Assembly: GCA_964234715.1 (NCBI GenBank)
Contig: OZ174282.1
Length of the DNA: 64,000 bases
Origin: Podarcis melisellensis
Taxonomy: Eukaryota
Strand: one strand, 5' to 3'
The notes under the pieces were generated by a model. That model had not been told where the DNA came from and made no database searches. It was given only the letters and a program-made list of their open reading frames with translations. Positions 42,901 through 55,956 of this stretch are shown piece by piece (the stretch's first letter is position 1; the number at the start of each line of letters is the position of its first letter). A program made the translations under genes and the position numbers.

Positions 42901-43443
42901 CATACAGCATTTGAGGGGCACCAGCAGCAAACCGCTATGTACAACGCATGCACGGTGCTGCACACATGTGCTGTACATAGCAGTTTGCCCCCGGAGCCGC
43001 CCGAATGCTGTGCAGACGGTGCAGGATCCCTCGGTTGCCGCTGCAGCTGCAAGCCGCTACATACAGTGCATGCGTGCGACAGCAAGGAGAAGAACAAAGG
43101 ACAATAGTCCCACTTCACGGAACACAGTAACACAAAACATTCTGCTTCCGACACTTCCCACTCTGTGGAGTCAAAACATATACTATCATGTGAAAGACAA
43201 CAATCCCATGACTGCAATCATGGAGCAGGAATTCTAACAGGCGCAAAGTGTGCGCAGCCAGCAGTTTGCCCCGCCCTGGGTGTCAGTTAGCCTTCGTTTG
43301 CCCCTGGTCGTTGTTGTTGTTGTTTTTGAAGGCATGCAGGGGAGGTGACGATAAAGATAACAACATGTCATTATCTTGCAGCTGGAGGACACAACCCTGT
43401 TGACAATTTTATAACCTCCCTTTCGCAAACAAACCACTTACAA

Positions 43444-43580
43444 CAGGCATAGGCCAAACTCGGCCCTGCAGATGTTTTGGGACTACAACTCCCATCATCC
43501 CTAGCTAACAGGACCAGTGGTCAGGGATAATAGGAGTTGTAGTCCCAAAACATCTGGACGGCCAAGTTTGCCTATGCCTG
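43444..43580. mobile_element. Palindromic hAT MITE (GGACTACAACTCCCATCA family)
   Basis: TIR CAGGCATAGG / CCTATGCCTG; perfect 8-bp TSD ACTTACAA; older relatives at ~14650, ~16960, ~29580, ~31050, ~33800, ~42430. Confidence 0.85.
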
Positions 43581-43809
43581 ACTTACAATATGAAACCACA
43601 CCGAAATGCAGACAGAAAAGAAATGATAAGATGATATCCTGGATAGCTCAGTTGGCGAGAGTGCAGAGCTGATAATGTCAAGGTTGCAGGTTCAGTCCCC
43701 ATATGGGACAGCTACATTGCAGGGGGCTGGGCTAGATGACCCTGAGGGTCCCTTCCAACTCTACAATTCTATGATATGGGGCAAATCACACTTTTACAAG
43801 ATTGTTGTC

Positions 43810-44166
43810 AGGGCCAGTGGGCTAACTCAGTCCAGTATACCTGAAAGGGTGTCTCCACCCCCCATCGTTCAGCCCGGACACTGGTCCAGCACCGAGGGCC
43901 TTCTGGAGGTTCCTTCACTGTAAGAAGCAAAGTTACAGGGAACCAGGCAGAGGGCCTTCTCGATAGTGGCGCCCGCCCTGTGGAACGCCCACCCATCAGA
44001 TGTCAAGGTAATAAACTACTATCTGACTTTTAGAAGACATCTGAAAGCAGCCCTTTTTAGGGAAGTTTTTAATGTTTGATCTTTTGTTGTGTTTTTAGTA
44101 TTCTGTTGGTTGCCACCCAGAGTGGTTGAGGAAACCCAGGCAGATGGGTGGGCTATAAAGAAATTA

Positions 44167-44208
<42 letters not shown>
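43810..44208 (+). mobile_element. L2-type LINE 3' fragment with (ATT)n tail; minus-strand copies at 50343-50730 and 52313-52612, related family at 55232-55812
   Basis: AGGGCCTTCTC..GTGGCGCCCGCCCTGTGGAAC (RAFS.VAP.LWN) terminal motif. Confidence 0.75.
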
Positions 44209-45361
44209 TATTACAAATTGCATGAAGAAATTGAAAAAATGAATCATCGTGGTACCAAAATACTTTTTCTTGGCTACAATAGACTAACACAGCCTCTCCT
44301 TTGAGCTGCACTGACTTCAGAATAATCAAAAGTTGCCTGGAGGGTTCTATGTAAAACTTACCTTTTTGCCTTAAGAGGAGTCCTGGGCCTTTAACAACCA
44401 CTCAGCAGGCAGAAGTTCAACAGGTACAGCTTTTCCTGCTGTGGATGGAATTTTAGTGCTGGAGAAAGTTTCGGTTCTTGAAATTCTGGCTGCTTTTGAA
44501 TGCTCAAGAGTTTACATGGAGGGGGGGGGAATGGCAACACCCACTTCCCACATAAACATTTTGCACAAACCACTTCCTGCCATTTCTTCCTTGCTCCTGT
44601 ATTACCATCCTTGGGGTGTTAATAGTTTTCTTCTGACAGATCATGGTCTACAACAGGAAACAGAGGCAGCCCTCTTTGAGAAAAGGGATGGCCTGTAAGA
44701 AAGGAGGACTGTTGTCTTTTCCCCTCACAAAAGCAACTTGCTCTTTTAACGGATGCCTGGACAGGAATGATCTAACAGAGCAGCAGCTCTGCCTCTCCTT
44801 CAGGGGAAAAACTGCACCTGTAAATTTTTTGCCTGAAATATAGCTGGTAAAAGGTCGCAGCTTTCTTTGGGGAGGGGGCCAGGAGATCGTACATGGAGAG
44901 GGAAGGAAAAGAGCAAAGAAGCATCAGATCAGCTGAGGAGGAGGTCTAAAATACTCGGGTGGTTGTTGCCAACAGATCAACAATAAAAGATACAACTAGT
45001 CTGCTCCATTCTTGTGCCTTAACAGCAGCTTGATCTGCAGAAACCAGCAAGTCGAGCTTTTCATATGACAGAGAGAAACACGAGAACCTGATAATGCTTT
45101 TGGAATAAGCTGCTGACTTAAAGGCGCAGTAGCGACGATTGGCAAACCAAAGGTGGCAGCCCTGAAAATACATTTGGATTCCCTTTGTTTTTGAGCCTTG
45201 GCGTTCCCTTGCTGGTTTCTGCTGGTGCTGCTCAGTACATAATGGCAGTTTTACGGCTGCCTAAACACCAAGAATAATGGGAACTGTAGTTTACCCTTCA
45301 CAGAACCATAATTCCCAGCATCCTTAACAAACTACAGTTCCTAGGGTTCTCAGGACAGGGT

Positions 45362-45465
45362 CCTTGTCAGCATCTATCTGTCTCGAGAGACAATGGAGTG
45401 CGCCTCCGGGGGTGAATTCAAACCGCTGGAGAATCACAGCGCCTGTTGTGGCTGCAGAGACTGGT
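45362..45465 (-). mobile_element. RTE LINE extreme 3' end
   Basis: Minus strand ..SHNRRC coding end followed by CCATTGTCTCTCGAGACAGA.GATGC 3' UTR motif. Confidence 0.5.
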
Positions 45466-46551
45466 AACTTGAAACGGTTGCCTCCCACGTTATTTTTGCC
45501 GTGTTTGCCTGAATCTCTGTGGTGCTTAAGCACCTGCTTTTGTTTATGCCTTTCCCCCAGTACCAATTCCTGCTTTTCAGCCAACCAAACCCTAGCAAGA
45601 GCTAAGCTTGGAGGTTCAATGACTTTTCCTGTTCCTCTGAACAACTCTCTCATATTTTCAACAGCAGCCAGGGGATAGAATCTGAGGCAAAAACCCTTGC
45701 CTGGTTCCAAATCGCCCAATGCTTCATGTTTAGTGTGACTCACTGAATTAGTTCCTTGAATCATTCTGAAATAAAAATAAAACATATATATTCTTGTTCC
45801 TCTGGACAATTCTTTAAGGTTTTCAATGGGAGCCAAGGGGGATAGCATCTGAGGCAACATAGCGGCCTTCTTCCAAATCGCCCAATTCCTCATAGTTAGC
45901 GCTACTTACTCTGAATCACTTCCCCAGATAATTTTTTAAAAGATGTATTCTCTCTGGAGTTTGTATTTTTATATTTTATATTTATGAAACCCTTAGGACT
46001 TCTCTCCAAGGTACAAGACCAGGCCTCTTTTGTGAGGTAAAAGTAACGCAGTTGCCTCAGGCAGTGATGCTGGGGGGAATGTTATTTATTTAGCTTTTTA
46101 TTTTATTTTATTTGAAAGGGAAGAGGGGAGCTGTTTGAATTTTGCACAACTAGAAGCCAGTTAGATCTGACCAAAGGCTTATCTGGTCCAGCTTCCTGTT
46201 TTCCCACAGTAATTGAATAGATGCATCTGGGAAGCCCGCAAACAGGACATCAGTTCAATAGCTAGAGACAAATCCTCCAAGTGTCCCTATTTTCCTTTAC
46301 AGAAGCTGTCCTGGTTTCTGATTTGATCCCAGAATGTCCCTCTTTTTCTTAGAATGTCCTTATTTTTATTGGAGAAATATTGGAGGGTATGGTAGCAGGG
46401 GCGTAGGAAGGGGTGTGTGGGGCTGCTGTTTGCCCCGGGTGTCATCCTTGAGGGGGGTGAAAAAATGGCACACCGTGGGGGGAGGCACTTACCACGGGAC
46501 CTGGCCTGCAGCGTGCCCGAGTCACGCATCTCTCCTGGGAGTGACGCGGTG

Positions 46552-47014
46552 TGTCACAGTCTGGTTCATGGGAGATCGAAGTCCCAGCTGGGTACATCGG
46601 GACCGGGGGCAAGATGGCAGGGAGGGAGCAGGAACAGGAGTCCAGAAGCCAGGAATCAGAAAGCCAAGAGTCCGAGGGTCAGAGAGCCAGGAGTCAAGAA
46701 GCCAAGGGTCCAAGGATCAAGAAGCAAGGAGTCACGAAGTCAAGGGTTCAAGGATCAAGAAGCAAGGAGTCACAAAGTCAAGGGTTCAAGGGTCAAGGAG
46801 TAAAACACAGCAGGAAACATGTTGCTGTGGCAAAGAGCCGAAGGGAAATGCTGACCTTATATCCATTCCTGGCTCTTGCCACCAGGTTCTGTGAGTTAGC
46901 AAGCGGCCTCACCTGTGCAGCCGTGCCTTGCCTCTTCAGAACAAACTTAGGAAGGCCCCAGTCCTGCAAAGTCCTACTGGTCACAGGGCCTGGCTCCTGC
47001 ATGCACTCCTGACA
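46552..47014 (-). mobile_element. Solo LTR (463 bp) nested in a CAGGGGCGTAG-TIR MITE (46396-47189)
   Basis: TGTCA...TGACA termini; 5-bp TSD CGGTG/CAGTG (one CpG-type mismatch); internal AGGAGTCA/AAGGGTTC tandem repeats. Confidence 0.75.
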
Positions 47015-47813
47015 CAGTGGCTGGGGACCCCGCACTGTCCGAAACGGCAGCGTGGGGCGTGCATCTGCCAGGCAGACTCTGTGGGCAGATTGCCACACTG
47101 CCCCCCTGGGCGGATCGTCGCAGCACCCTTGTGGGTGGCACACCCCGCCCACGCTGCTCTGGGTGCCAGAGCAGCTAGCTATGCCCCTGTATGTCCTTAT
47201 TTTCACTGGAGAAATTTTGGAGGATATGGAGTTATCCGTCTCCCGAGCCATCGAAAGGCAACCCTATATGGAGAAGTTTAATGTTTTATTATGTTTTTAT
47301 ATATGTTGGATGTTGTCCAGAGTGGCTGGGACAACCCAGTAAGTTGTATGGGGTATAAATAGTAAAATTATCATTATGGAAGAGGAAGACAAGCAAGTAG
47401 TAGCTCCTTGGTGTGGAGAAGACAGATAAATGTTGCTGGGCGACAGAGGAAACTGCTCAACACCTACTTTGCCTCTGTCTTCCAGACCCTCCAAGTGTCC
47501 GTATTTTCCAGGGACGTCCCTGATTTAGAGAAGCCATCCTGGTTTCTGATTTGATCCTGGAATGTCCCACTTTTCCTTAGGACGTCCCTATTTTCATTGG
47601 AGAAATGTTGGAGGGGATGTAGTTATCTGACCCCCGAGCTGTTTGAAGGCAATCCTGTACAGGGAGGTTTTCCCAAAAAAAATTTAATATTTTATTATGG
47701 GATGTCCCTATTCTCATTGGAGAAATGATGGAGGGTATGCACACTGCAACTCATGACATTGCAGCATGGTGCATGCATGCTGGGCGTCCACAGTGGGGGT
47801 CCTAATGTATCTA

Positions 47814-48039
47814 CAGTGGTACCTCAGGTTACATACGCTTCAGGTTACAGACTCCGCTAACCCAGAAATAGTGCTTCAGGTTAAGAACTTTGTTTCAGGA
47901 TGAGAACAGAAATCGGGCTCTGGCAGTGCAGCTGCAGGAGGAGGCCCCATTATCTAAAGTGGTGCTTCAGGTTAAGAACAGTTTCAGGTTAAGTACGGAC
48001 CTTCGGAACGAATTAAGTACTTAACCTGAGGTACCACTG
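47814..48039. mobile_element. Tc1/mariner (Tigger-like) MITE; further copies at 53813-54038 and (related) 61886-62144
   Basis: TIR CAGTGGTACCTCAGGTTA, TA TSD. Confidence 0.88.
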
Positions 48040-49011
48040 TATTCTTCTTTTAAACCTCTCGGTGCTAGTAGCCTGCTTATGTCGGGAATTGTGCTTGCAG
48101 ATTAAAGACCTTTCTGTGAAGTTCATTAAGAATTGCTTAAGATGCATTCACAGGTGGTGAAATTTGGTGGACGCCTCCTCATTCAGAAAAAGAAAACTTT
48201 GAGACAGTTCCTCAAAAATATCTGAATACAACAAATTACAGTCATTGAATGTATTTGGTGTCTGAAATCTGCGGACGCACCTCTCTTTTGCCATGAGAGG
48301 GCAGCATGCTTATGTTCCATTTCATCTGTAAAGAGTGGCAGAGCTTTAATGTTACATCTAAACTTCAAAACTAAACATCAAGAGGGTGGCATGTTTGCTG
48401 ATCATAGATCTGCCTTGCTCATTCATATATAAAACGGTGTGTGTGTGTGCATGGTGCTCTAATTTTAAAAAATAAAAGTAGATCTTTAGGGATAAAAAAA
48501 ATGGATGTACCATGCTATATTAGAAGCAAAAAAACTTGTTTTGATGAATTGGAAGAGTCGCAAAAAGATTCCATTGGGTTGATAATATGGACAGATTAGC
48601 TACATATGAATGAATTGCATGTCGACACAAAATAAGAATGGATAAATATGAAGAAATCTGGAACGAACATTAAAGCGATAAGGCGGATAGTGGTGGGAAG
48701 TAGGGGGAGGAGAGAGAGGTGGGGAAATATTGTTTAAAAAGGTGTAGTCATAGGTATATCAGTGTATTCAAATCTGAATTGTCAAATTGTGTTATTATTG
48801 TTACTATGTTTTTTGTTGTATGTGTCTTTTGCGGTTGATGTTTGTATCGAAAAAACGATTAAACAATTTTTTTTTAAAAAAAAGGTAGATCTGTTTATGG
48901 GGAGCTTAATGTTCCCATGTGACTCTTCAAGCGTTTTCGCTCTCTCCAAATATCATCCCCTGAAGGAATTGCTGCTCCGGTGTTTCTAAAGGCCAGGGAA
49001 ATGAAGAAATG

Positions 49012-49052
<41 letters not shown>

Positions 49053-49148
49053 GACAGAGACAGAGACAGAGACAGAGACAGAGAGAGAGAGAGAGTCATC
49101 AAAGCCAGAGTAAAGGCTGGAATTTGAGGTATCCTTTGTGTACATTAC

Positions 49149-49298
49149 GACAGAGGACAAGATGGTTGGACAGTGTTCTCGAAGCTACCAACATGAGTTT
49201 GACCAAACTGCGGGAGGCGGTGGAAGACAGGAGTGCCTGGCGTGCTCTGGTCCATGGGGTCACAAAGAGTCAGACACGACTAAACGACTAAACAACAA
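49149..49298 (+). mobile_element. BovB (RTE) LINE 3' end
   Basis: AGATGGTTGGACAG..GCCTGGCGTGCT..GTCCATGGGGTCACAAAGAGTC.GACACGACT..(CAA) tail. Confidence 0.85.
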
Positions 49299-50340
49299 AC
49301 TTGTAGATAAATCTAGCCACCAGAGGGCATGGTCATGCAGTTTTTAATAGCAATGGGCAAGCTTCACATACAGAACAAGAGATTCTATATAGGGAAAGTG
49401 TCTAATTCTTACCATCGTTTTGGGTAAAGGGAGACGAATCCTATCCCACCTCATCTCCCTGTGCTCCACTGCCTCAAGTGCTTTTATCCCAACTTCCGGC
49501 TACCATCCCTGCAAATACCCTTTTGAATTATATACCCAGCACATGGAACCTTACAAAAGGACAATATGGATGGACTCTGTGGCCTTAACACAGAAAAAAG
49601 ACTGATACTCATGCAACGCACGATGGCTCCCTTCAATGTTGGGCACAACTTGGAGCCTCTGATTCTGGTGGCTGTGGAAGCAGCTCTTCCTTCAGCTCCA
49701 GCTCCTGCCCCTCTTCCTGCCCCTCTTCCCTGTATTGCAACCACAGTCATTTTTGCAGAGTCCTTATCCTTAGTTATTACACCATGCATAGAACTAGGGT
49801 TGCCATATACCAGAAATTTCCCAGACATATCCAGAACACCACAGTTGGAAACAGTGTCCGGGCGGAAATCGCTTAAAATGTCTGGGGGAATCTGAAGGCA
49901 TGGCAACTAATGTTGAAAGTGTCGATTTAGACAGTCTTCTTTTAAAATAGCTGCTGCTGCTTCTTTTTTGCAAAACTGCTCAAAAAGCTCAACACCTTTT
50001 TTTTGTCTGGATTTTCACTGTTTGAAACATAGCAACCCTAACAGAACCTTAGTGCTGCATGCCCTCCATGTCAGCAGCTGTCCTGGGTTTCAGATGGGAG
50101 ACATTCCCTGTCCTACCTGGGAGCTTCTACATTGAGCTGCAGCCTTCCTTGTGGATAGTCAAATGCTGTGGGCTCCCATTCATTTCTATCTTTTCATTTG
50201 ACACCATAAAATTGCCCAGCTTCAGAATGAGGAATATGAGTTGGGTTTGTGCAAAGGAGTCCACATAAAAGTCCTTGTTTCTGTATTCTGTGGACCTTTG
50301 ACTACAGGCAGACTGTTTTTACTAGGCTGGTGTTTGTTAG

Positions 50341-50397
<57 letters not shown>

Positions 50398-51519
50398 TTA
50401 TTATTTACACCCCGTCCATCTGGCTGAGTTTCCCCAGCCACTCTGGGCGGCTCCCAGTCAAGTGTTAGAAACAATACAGCATTAAATATTAAAAACTTCC
50501 CTAAACAGGGCTGCCTTCAGATGTCTTTTTAAAACAGGATAGCTGCTTATTTCCTTCACATCTGAAGGGAGGACGTTCCACAGGGTGGGCGCAACTACTG
50601 AGAAGACCCTCTGTCTGGTTCCCTGTAGCCTCACTTCTCACAATGAGGGAACCGTCAGAAGGCCCTGGGTGCTGGACCTCAGTGTCCAGGCTGAACGATG
50701 GGGTGGAGATGCTCCTTCAGGTATACAGGACTGAGTCCAAACGTTGCTGGGATTGATTTTCCGAAAGGTGGTGCTTTGCCCTGGATCTTAGGCAAGTCAA
50801 TCAAAAGCTCAACAACTTTCGGAGCATCCTGGTTTTTACTTTTTGAAATATGGCAACCCTTGTGTTTTAGTGTTTGTTTTGGTGAGTTTTCCTTCCTCTA
50901 TTTCTCTACACCTGTGCCTTAAACAGCAACCCTCTGCCCTGGCTTCTGTAGCCACTTGCTTCTGTCTCTTCTGCCTCTTTCCTCTTCCCCTTTCTTTTTT
51001 CTCCTTCTGCAACTCTTGCCCACTCTCTCTGACTTTCCTCAAGATTCCTCCACTGAGGTGCCCAGAGCAGGCTACACACCTCGCCTGGCCACCCAGAGCA
51101 GCAGAGGAGAGGCCTGGGGAACAAGCAGTCAGCTGGGTGGATTCCTAATCCCTTTGAGCCAGAGTGGAGAGACACAATTTTTGCACACCCCCCCAGGGGC
51201 CAACCCCTAGATACACCCTGCTCTTGATTCACAGGTATCAGGCAGCCCATTCTCAGATCCCTTCTTCTGCGGCCATTTGTTGCTTTTGGAACCCAATAAG
51301 AGGAACCGAACTGTGACAGCTCAGCTGGTCTCTTCCCTTCTTTGCACCTGACCCTAACGGGAGACGCAACTGAGTGAGGTTTCCAGGGGTTGCTAGTTAA
51401 GCTGCAATAAAGAACCACTGAGCACAGTAGGCTTTCTGACCTCCCCTTCATAAAAGAAAACGCTCAAGGTGGGTCTCCTTGGCAGGTCACCTGTCCAAGG
51501 GCATCACAGCTGGAAAGGG

Positions 51520-51628
51520 ATGCAAGGGGAAAAGAGCTTGAAGCTTCCAAACGTTTCCAGGAAGACTGGAAGTTTGGTCTCCTCTATAATGACAGCGACA
51601 ATCCTGATACTCTCCCTGCTCTGCAAAG
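51520..51628 (+). CDS. Siglec-like gene, signal-peptide exon (MQGEKSLKLPNVSRKTGSLVSSIMTATILILSLLCK-G; alternative ATG at 51589)
   Basis: Hydrophobic core ILILSLLC followed by phase-1 donor G|GTAAGC, in phase with the V-set exon. Confidence 0.65.
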
Positions 51629-51971
51629 GTAAGCATGACAAGATGGATGTGTTCTTGGTCAGAAGGGAGATGGCCTCTGGAACAGGGGTAGGATGGTACT
51701 CTGATTGAAGAACCGGGTTTGCTGGCATTTGAGGGACGGGTGCTCCTTGATTCAGCCTTGCATCTAGATTGCCAGGATGTGATGGTGGTCAGGAATGCCT
51801 TTGCCCAGCTTAGTAGAGATGCTTGGTAGGGACACAGGAGAGGGCCTTCTTGGTGGCTGCCCCCAGACTTTGGAACTCCCTATCCTAGAGAAGTTAGACT
51901 GGCTCCCTCCTTGTTGCCCTTCCACTAGCCGGTGAGGAACAGACTTTGGGAACTGACTGTTTTAAATGAAA

Positions 51972-52140
51972 NNNNNNNNNNNNNNNNNNNNNNNNNNNNN
52001 NNNNNNNNNNNNNNNNNNNNNNNNNNNNNNNNNNNNNNNNNNNNNNNNNNNNNNNNNNNNNNNNNNNNNNNNNNNNNNNNNNNNNNNNNNNNNNNNNNNN
52101 NNNNNNNNNNNNNNNNNNNNNNNNNNNNNNNNNNNNNNNN
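51972..52140. other. Assembly gap (169 N) in the first intron of the Siglec-like gene
   Basis: Run of N. Confidence 1.
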
Positions 52141-52946
52141 TGTTGCTTAATTATTGGGATTTTCCCCCTGTACTTTCAACTGTTCATATTTTATCTGTAA
52201 GCCACCTTAAGTCCCTGTCAGGGGGAAAAGTGGGGTATCAATAAATATATAATAATAATAACAAGCTGGTGTATCAGCTGTGCCCATTCCTGTGTAGACT
52301 AGGCTACAGCAGTAATTCTAAACATCAGATAGTTGTTTATTTCCTTGACATCTGATGGGAGGGCGTTCCACAAGGCAGGCACCACTACCGAGAAGGCTCT
52401 CTGCCTGGTTTCCTGGAACCTCACTTCTCACAGTGAGGGAACCGCCAGAAGGCCCTCGGAGCTGGACCTCAGTGTCTGGGCTGAGTGATGGGGGTGGAAA
52501 TGTTCCTTCAGGTATACGGGTCCAAGGCTGTTTAGGGCTTCAAAGGTCAGCACCAACACTTTGAATTGTGCTTGGAAACGTACTGGGAGCCAATGTAGGT
52601 CTTTCAAGACAGTAAGTCTTCCCCTCAGTTCATCCTTGTCATGCTCCAAAACTGCTGCCCCTACATTCCCTGTCCCTTTATTGGCTCTACTGATGTTCAT
52701 TGGGCTAATAAGGAGCTATGGAGATTACTAGGACAACCGAGAAAGGGTGTGTGTGTCTGACATCATATTCCCTTCCCCGATATCTGTGCTCTCTCTGACC
52801 TGGCAGATCGAGCTCTGATGCATCCCATGACCCCCTCAGATGCCTCCCCAAGGACCATAGGACTGTAGCCTCATGTACAGAATGGGGGTGGATGGCAAAC
52901 TCGAAATATCAGATAATTTTAACCCATTAATTTCTTCCTCCGGCAG

Positions 52947-53360
52947 GTATGGTGAGTCAGCTAAGCCCTAGCTTTACATTGACAATGCCTGCCTCTGTCT
53001 ATGTGCAGAGAGGCCTCTATGTTCACCCTCCCTGCCAGTTCACCTACAACAATCAGCACCAGAACAGTTCGGAGAAGCTATTTGGTTACTGGTTTAAGAA
53101 TGCAGAGACAAGATACTATCTTCCCTCTTCCAAACGCTATGTCAAAGGTGACCTTGTGGCCACCAACGATGAGAGCCGGAGAATCGACCCCTCCAGCAAG
53201 AACCGTTTCCAGTTAGAAGGGAACCCAGAGCAGGGCGACTGCTCCTTCAGCATCAATGATGTCCAGTTAGAAGATGAGGGGCAATACTTCTTTAGAATTG
53301 AGAAAGGACAGGAAGTCCTCTATAGCTATGTGGATGCTTCATTTCAGCTTCTTGTGACAG
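52947..53360 (+). CDS. CD33-related Siglec-like V-set Ig domain exon
   Basis: SVYVQRGLYVHPPCQFTY..GYWFK..VATND..NRFQLEGNPEQGDCSFSINDVQLEDEGQYFFRIE, with the sialic-acid-binding Arg retained; CAG acceptor, G|GTAGG donor, 414 nt, phase 1-1. Confidence 0.92.
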
Positions 53361-54357
53361 GTAGGTGGGTTTTCCATTCCTCCTCTGCTTACTGCTCCTT
53401 GTTGTTCAGGGGATGGTGCAGGGCGCTTAAGCCCTAAGCCTTTTGCAGTGGACCTGGTACCTCTTGCTCCCTTAATAATTCAAATTATTTTGCTTATTGG
53501 TTGGTTAGATGCAGTGTAAAACATGATGCTGATGTAAGTCCAGCCAGGCACCATCTTGATTTCCCAGAGCCAGCTGGGAATTTGCACATACAGTTTTTAT
53601 TCACGTTTGTGTCATGTACCTGTGCCTTGCATCCCATAAGTTTCTCACAATGCCCCTGGTTCCTTGACTAGTTTGTTTTTATTTGATGCTTCGTGGTTAG
53701 AGAAAAGTCTTGTATATAACTATGTCAGGTACAGCCTCGCCTCTCCCTGGAACCAGAAAGGAGAGAGAAAAATGCAAATTGGTTTGTTTGCATAAGATGC
53801 TTACTTGATTTACAGTGGTACCTCGGGTTAAGAACTTAATTCGTTCTGGAGGTCTGTTCTTAACCTGAAACTGTTCTTAACCTGAAGCACCACTTTAGCT
53901 AATGGGGCCTCCCGCTGCCGTTGCACCGCCGCTGCACGATTTCTGTTCTCATCCTGAAGCAAAGTTCTTAACCCGAGATAATATTTCTGGGTTTGCGGAG
54001 TCTGTAACCTGAAGCATATGTAACCCAAGGTACCACTGTATTTTTGTTCATAGAATTGTAGGGCTGGAATTATCATCATTATGTCATGATTATGCAGAGC
54101 TCTTCACAGAGTAGAAGGGGACAGGTCTCTGCCCCTAAGTGCTTGCAATCTGTAACTCCCTGGAAGAAGGAAGACAGCATAATGGAGCCCAGGTATCAAC
54201 AGGGGAAGAAAGAATAGGCATTATTTCAGTTACAGGAAGAGTAAGATGTGAGGACTAGGGGTTGGGCCAAGGACTTCAGAGAAAAGGTGGGTCTGGGGAA
54301 GCTTCCAGAGTAAGTCAAGAGAAAGAGGAACCTGGAATCACTGGAAAGAGGAGGGAG

Positions 54358-54560
54358 TGCTTGGAGACCCCATCCAAAACCTCCTGGTCAACTGAGGCCA
54401 AAACATAGAACAGCTCTCCATGGAGTCATCAGCGCAGGGTGGAAGCTGGGCTTGCAAATTGCCATAACACTCTGCTTAGCTGACATGGGCAAAGCTTTCA
54501 CCTGCAAAATCAGGCATCCTGCATTGCAGGCAAAAACACTTGCTATTTGCAAGTGGACTA
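54358..54560 (+). pseudogene. Decayed Siglec C2-set exon remnant
   Basis: CLETPSKTSW (cf. CEQGTPPIFSW), then TAG at 54406-54408 and a frameshift before ADMGKAFTCKIRHPA (cf. QDHGTNLTCQV.FPG); no clear acceptor. Confidence 0.55.
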
Positions 54561-55956
54561 AACAGGACAAAAGGGTCTCACAACCTATATTCCTAACACT
54601 ATGCTTGAATTTTGTGTGTTTAAACTCCGCTCTCGGGGGGCTCTCTCCCGCTGGAGTGTGCAAAGCCCCATGTTTCGAATCAAGGTGCCCAGCCAATTCT
54701 TTCATTATTTGCCCCACACACGTCAGTCATAGGGATTCATATTTTTCTTCCCACATAAGAACACTCAGCTGTTTCACATCCTATTCAAACAGTATGAAGT
54801 TGGGGGTGGGGATAGAGGGAGGAAGGGAGTTTGGTGATTCTACAGAGGTCCCTGAAAAGTTCACCATAGTAAACCCTCTGTAACAAAAAAAGAAAAAGAA
54901 AATTCTCATAAAAAATTATCAGCATCCTAGGGTGAATTTCTCCTAATAAACATATTTTTGTGTGTAATATTGACTAGTATAGTGGTTTTTTTAAAAAAAA
55001 AAATCATTATTTTTCTGTAATATATCCATTTTCTATACATTGGTTGGCTGGAAAGCTTCATCTCGAGGATTGGCGAAGAGTGAATTTTGACGGGCAGCTC
55101 AGTTTCAGCTTGTGGGTTGGTTCAGAAAGTGGGAATTAGGTAGTTTCTCGTTAAAATACCAAGAAAACCAATCCCCTCCCCAGCCCTAGTTCCAACTAGG
55201 CATCATCTCCTTAAAATAATCCCAGCAGCATCTTATTTACGGGATCGCCTCTCCTAGTATGCCCCGCAGAGGACCTTCAGGTCCATGAATAACCATAGTT
55301 TAGAGGTCCCGGGCCCTAAGGAAGTCAGACTATCCTCCATCAGAGCCAGGGTCTTTTCAGTGATGGCTCCGACCTGGTGGAATGCTCTGTCCCATGAGAC
55401 TAGGGCCCTGCAGGATTTAATCTCCTTTTGCCAGGCCTGTAAGAGCTATTCTGCCTGGCCTTTAATTTTAATTCAGCCTGATCTCTCCCCCCCTTTTCTT
55501 CCCTCCCCCTCCCCTTTTATGAAGATTACCTGCTCTGAGACCCCACAGCTAATTCTCCCCTGGCCTCCTCGCTGGCCCAAGTAGGGCTAATTCAGCCGGC
55601 TAGCCCTGGTGATTATCTAATGCTTATTAGATGGATTTCCCCTAAATTGATTTCTGAACTTTTAATTTTATTGTTATTCATGTTTTTATACTGTATTTTA
55701 TGCTGCTTTTACAATTAAGTGTTTTAAATTTGTTGTTAGCCATCATGAGCCCATTTTTTGAACCAGGAAGGGCGGGGTATAAATACAAAATTGTTATTAT
55801 TTTATTATATATTATAATCTCTGTGCTAGATAACATTTTCAGCATTGCTTGTTGTCATCTGCAGTGTGCCCTCTACTGTTCTCTTGCGCCATCACAGACA
55901 GAGATTCCGTCAGTGTATATAATTAATTCTCCCTTACTCCGCCCCCTCCTTTCCAG

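Noticed and set aside
42663-43237. 178-184 aa ORFs on both strands
   Set aside because: They lie within a GC-rich MITE-like element related to 46396-47189 and show no recognisable protein features.
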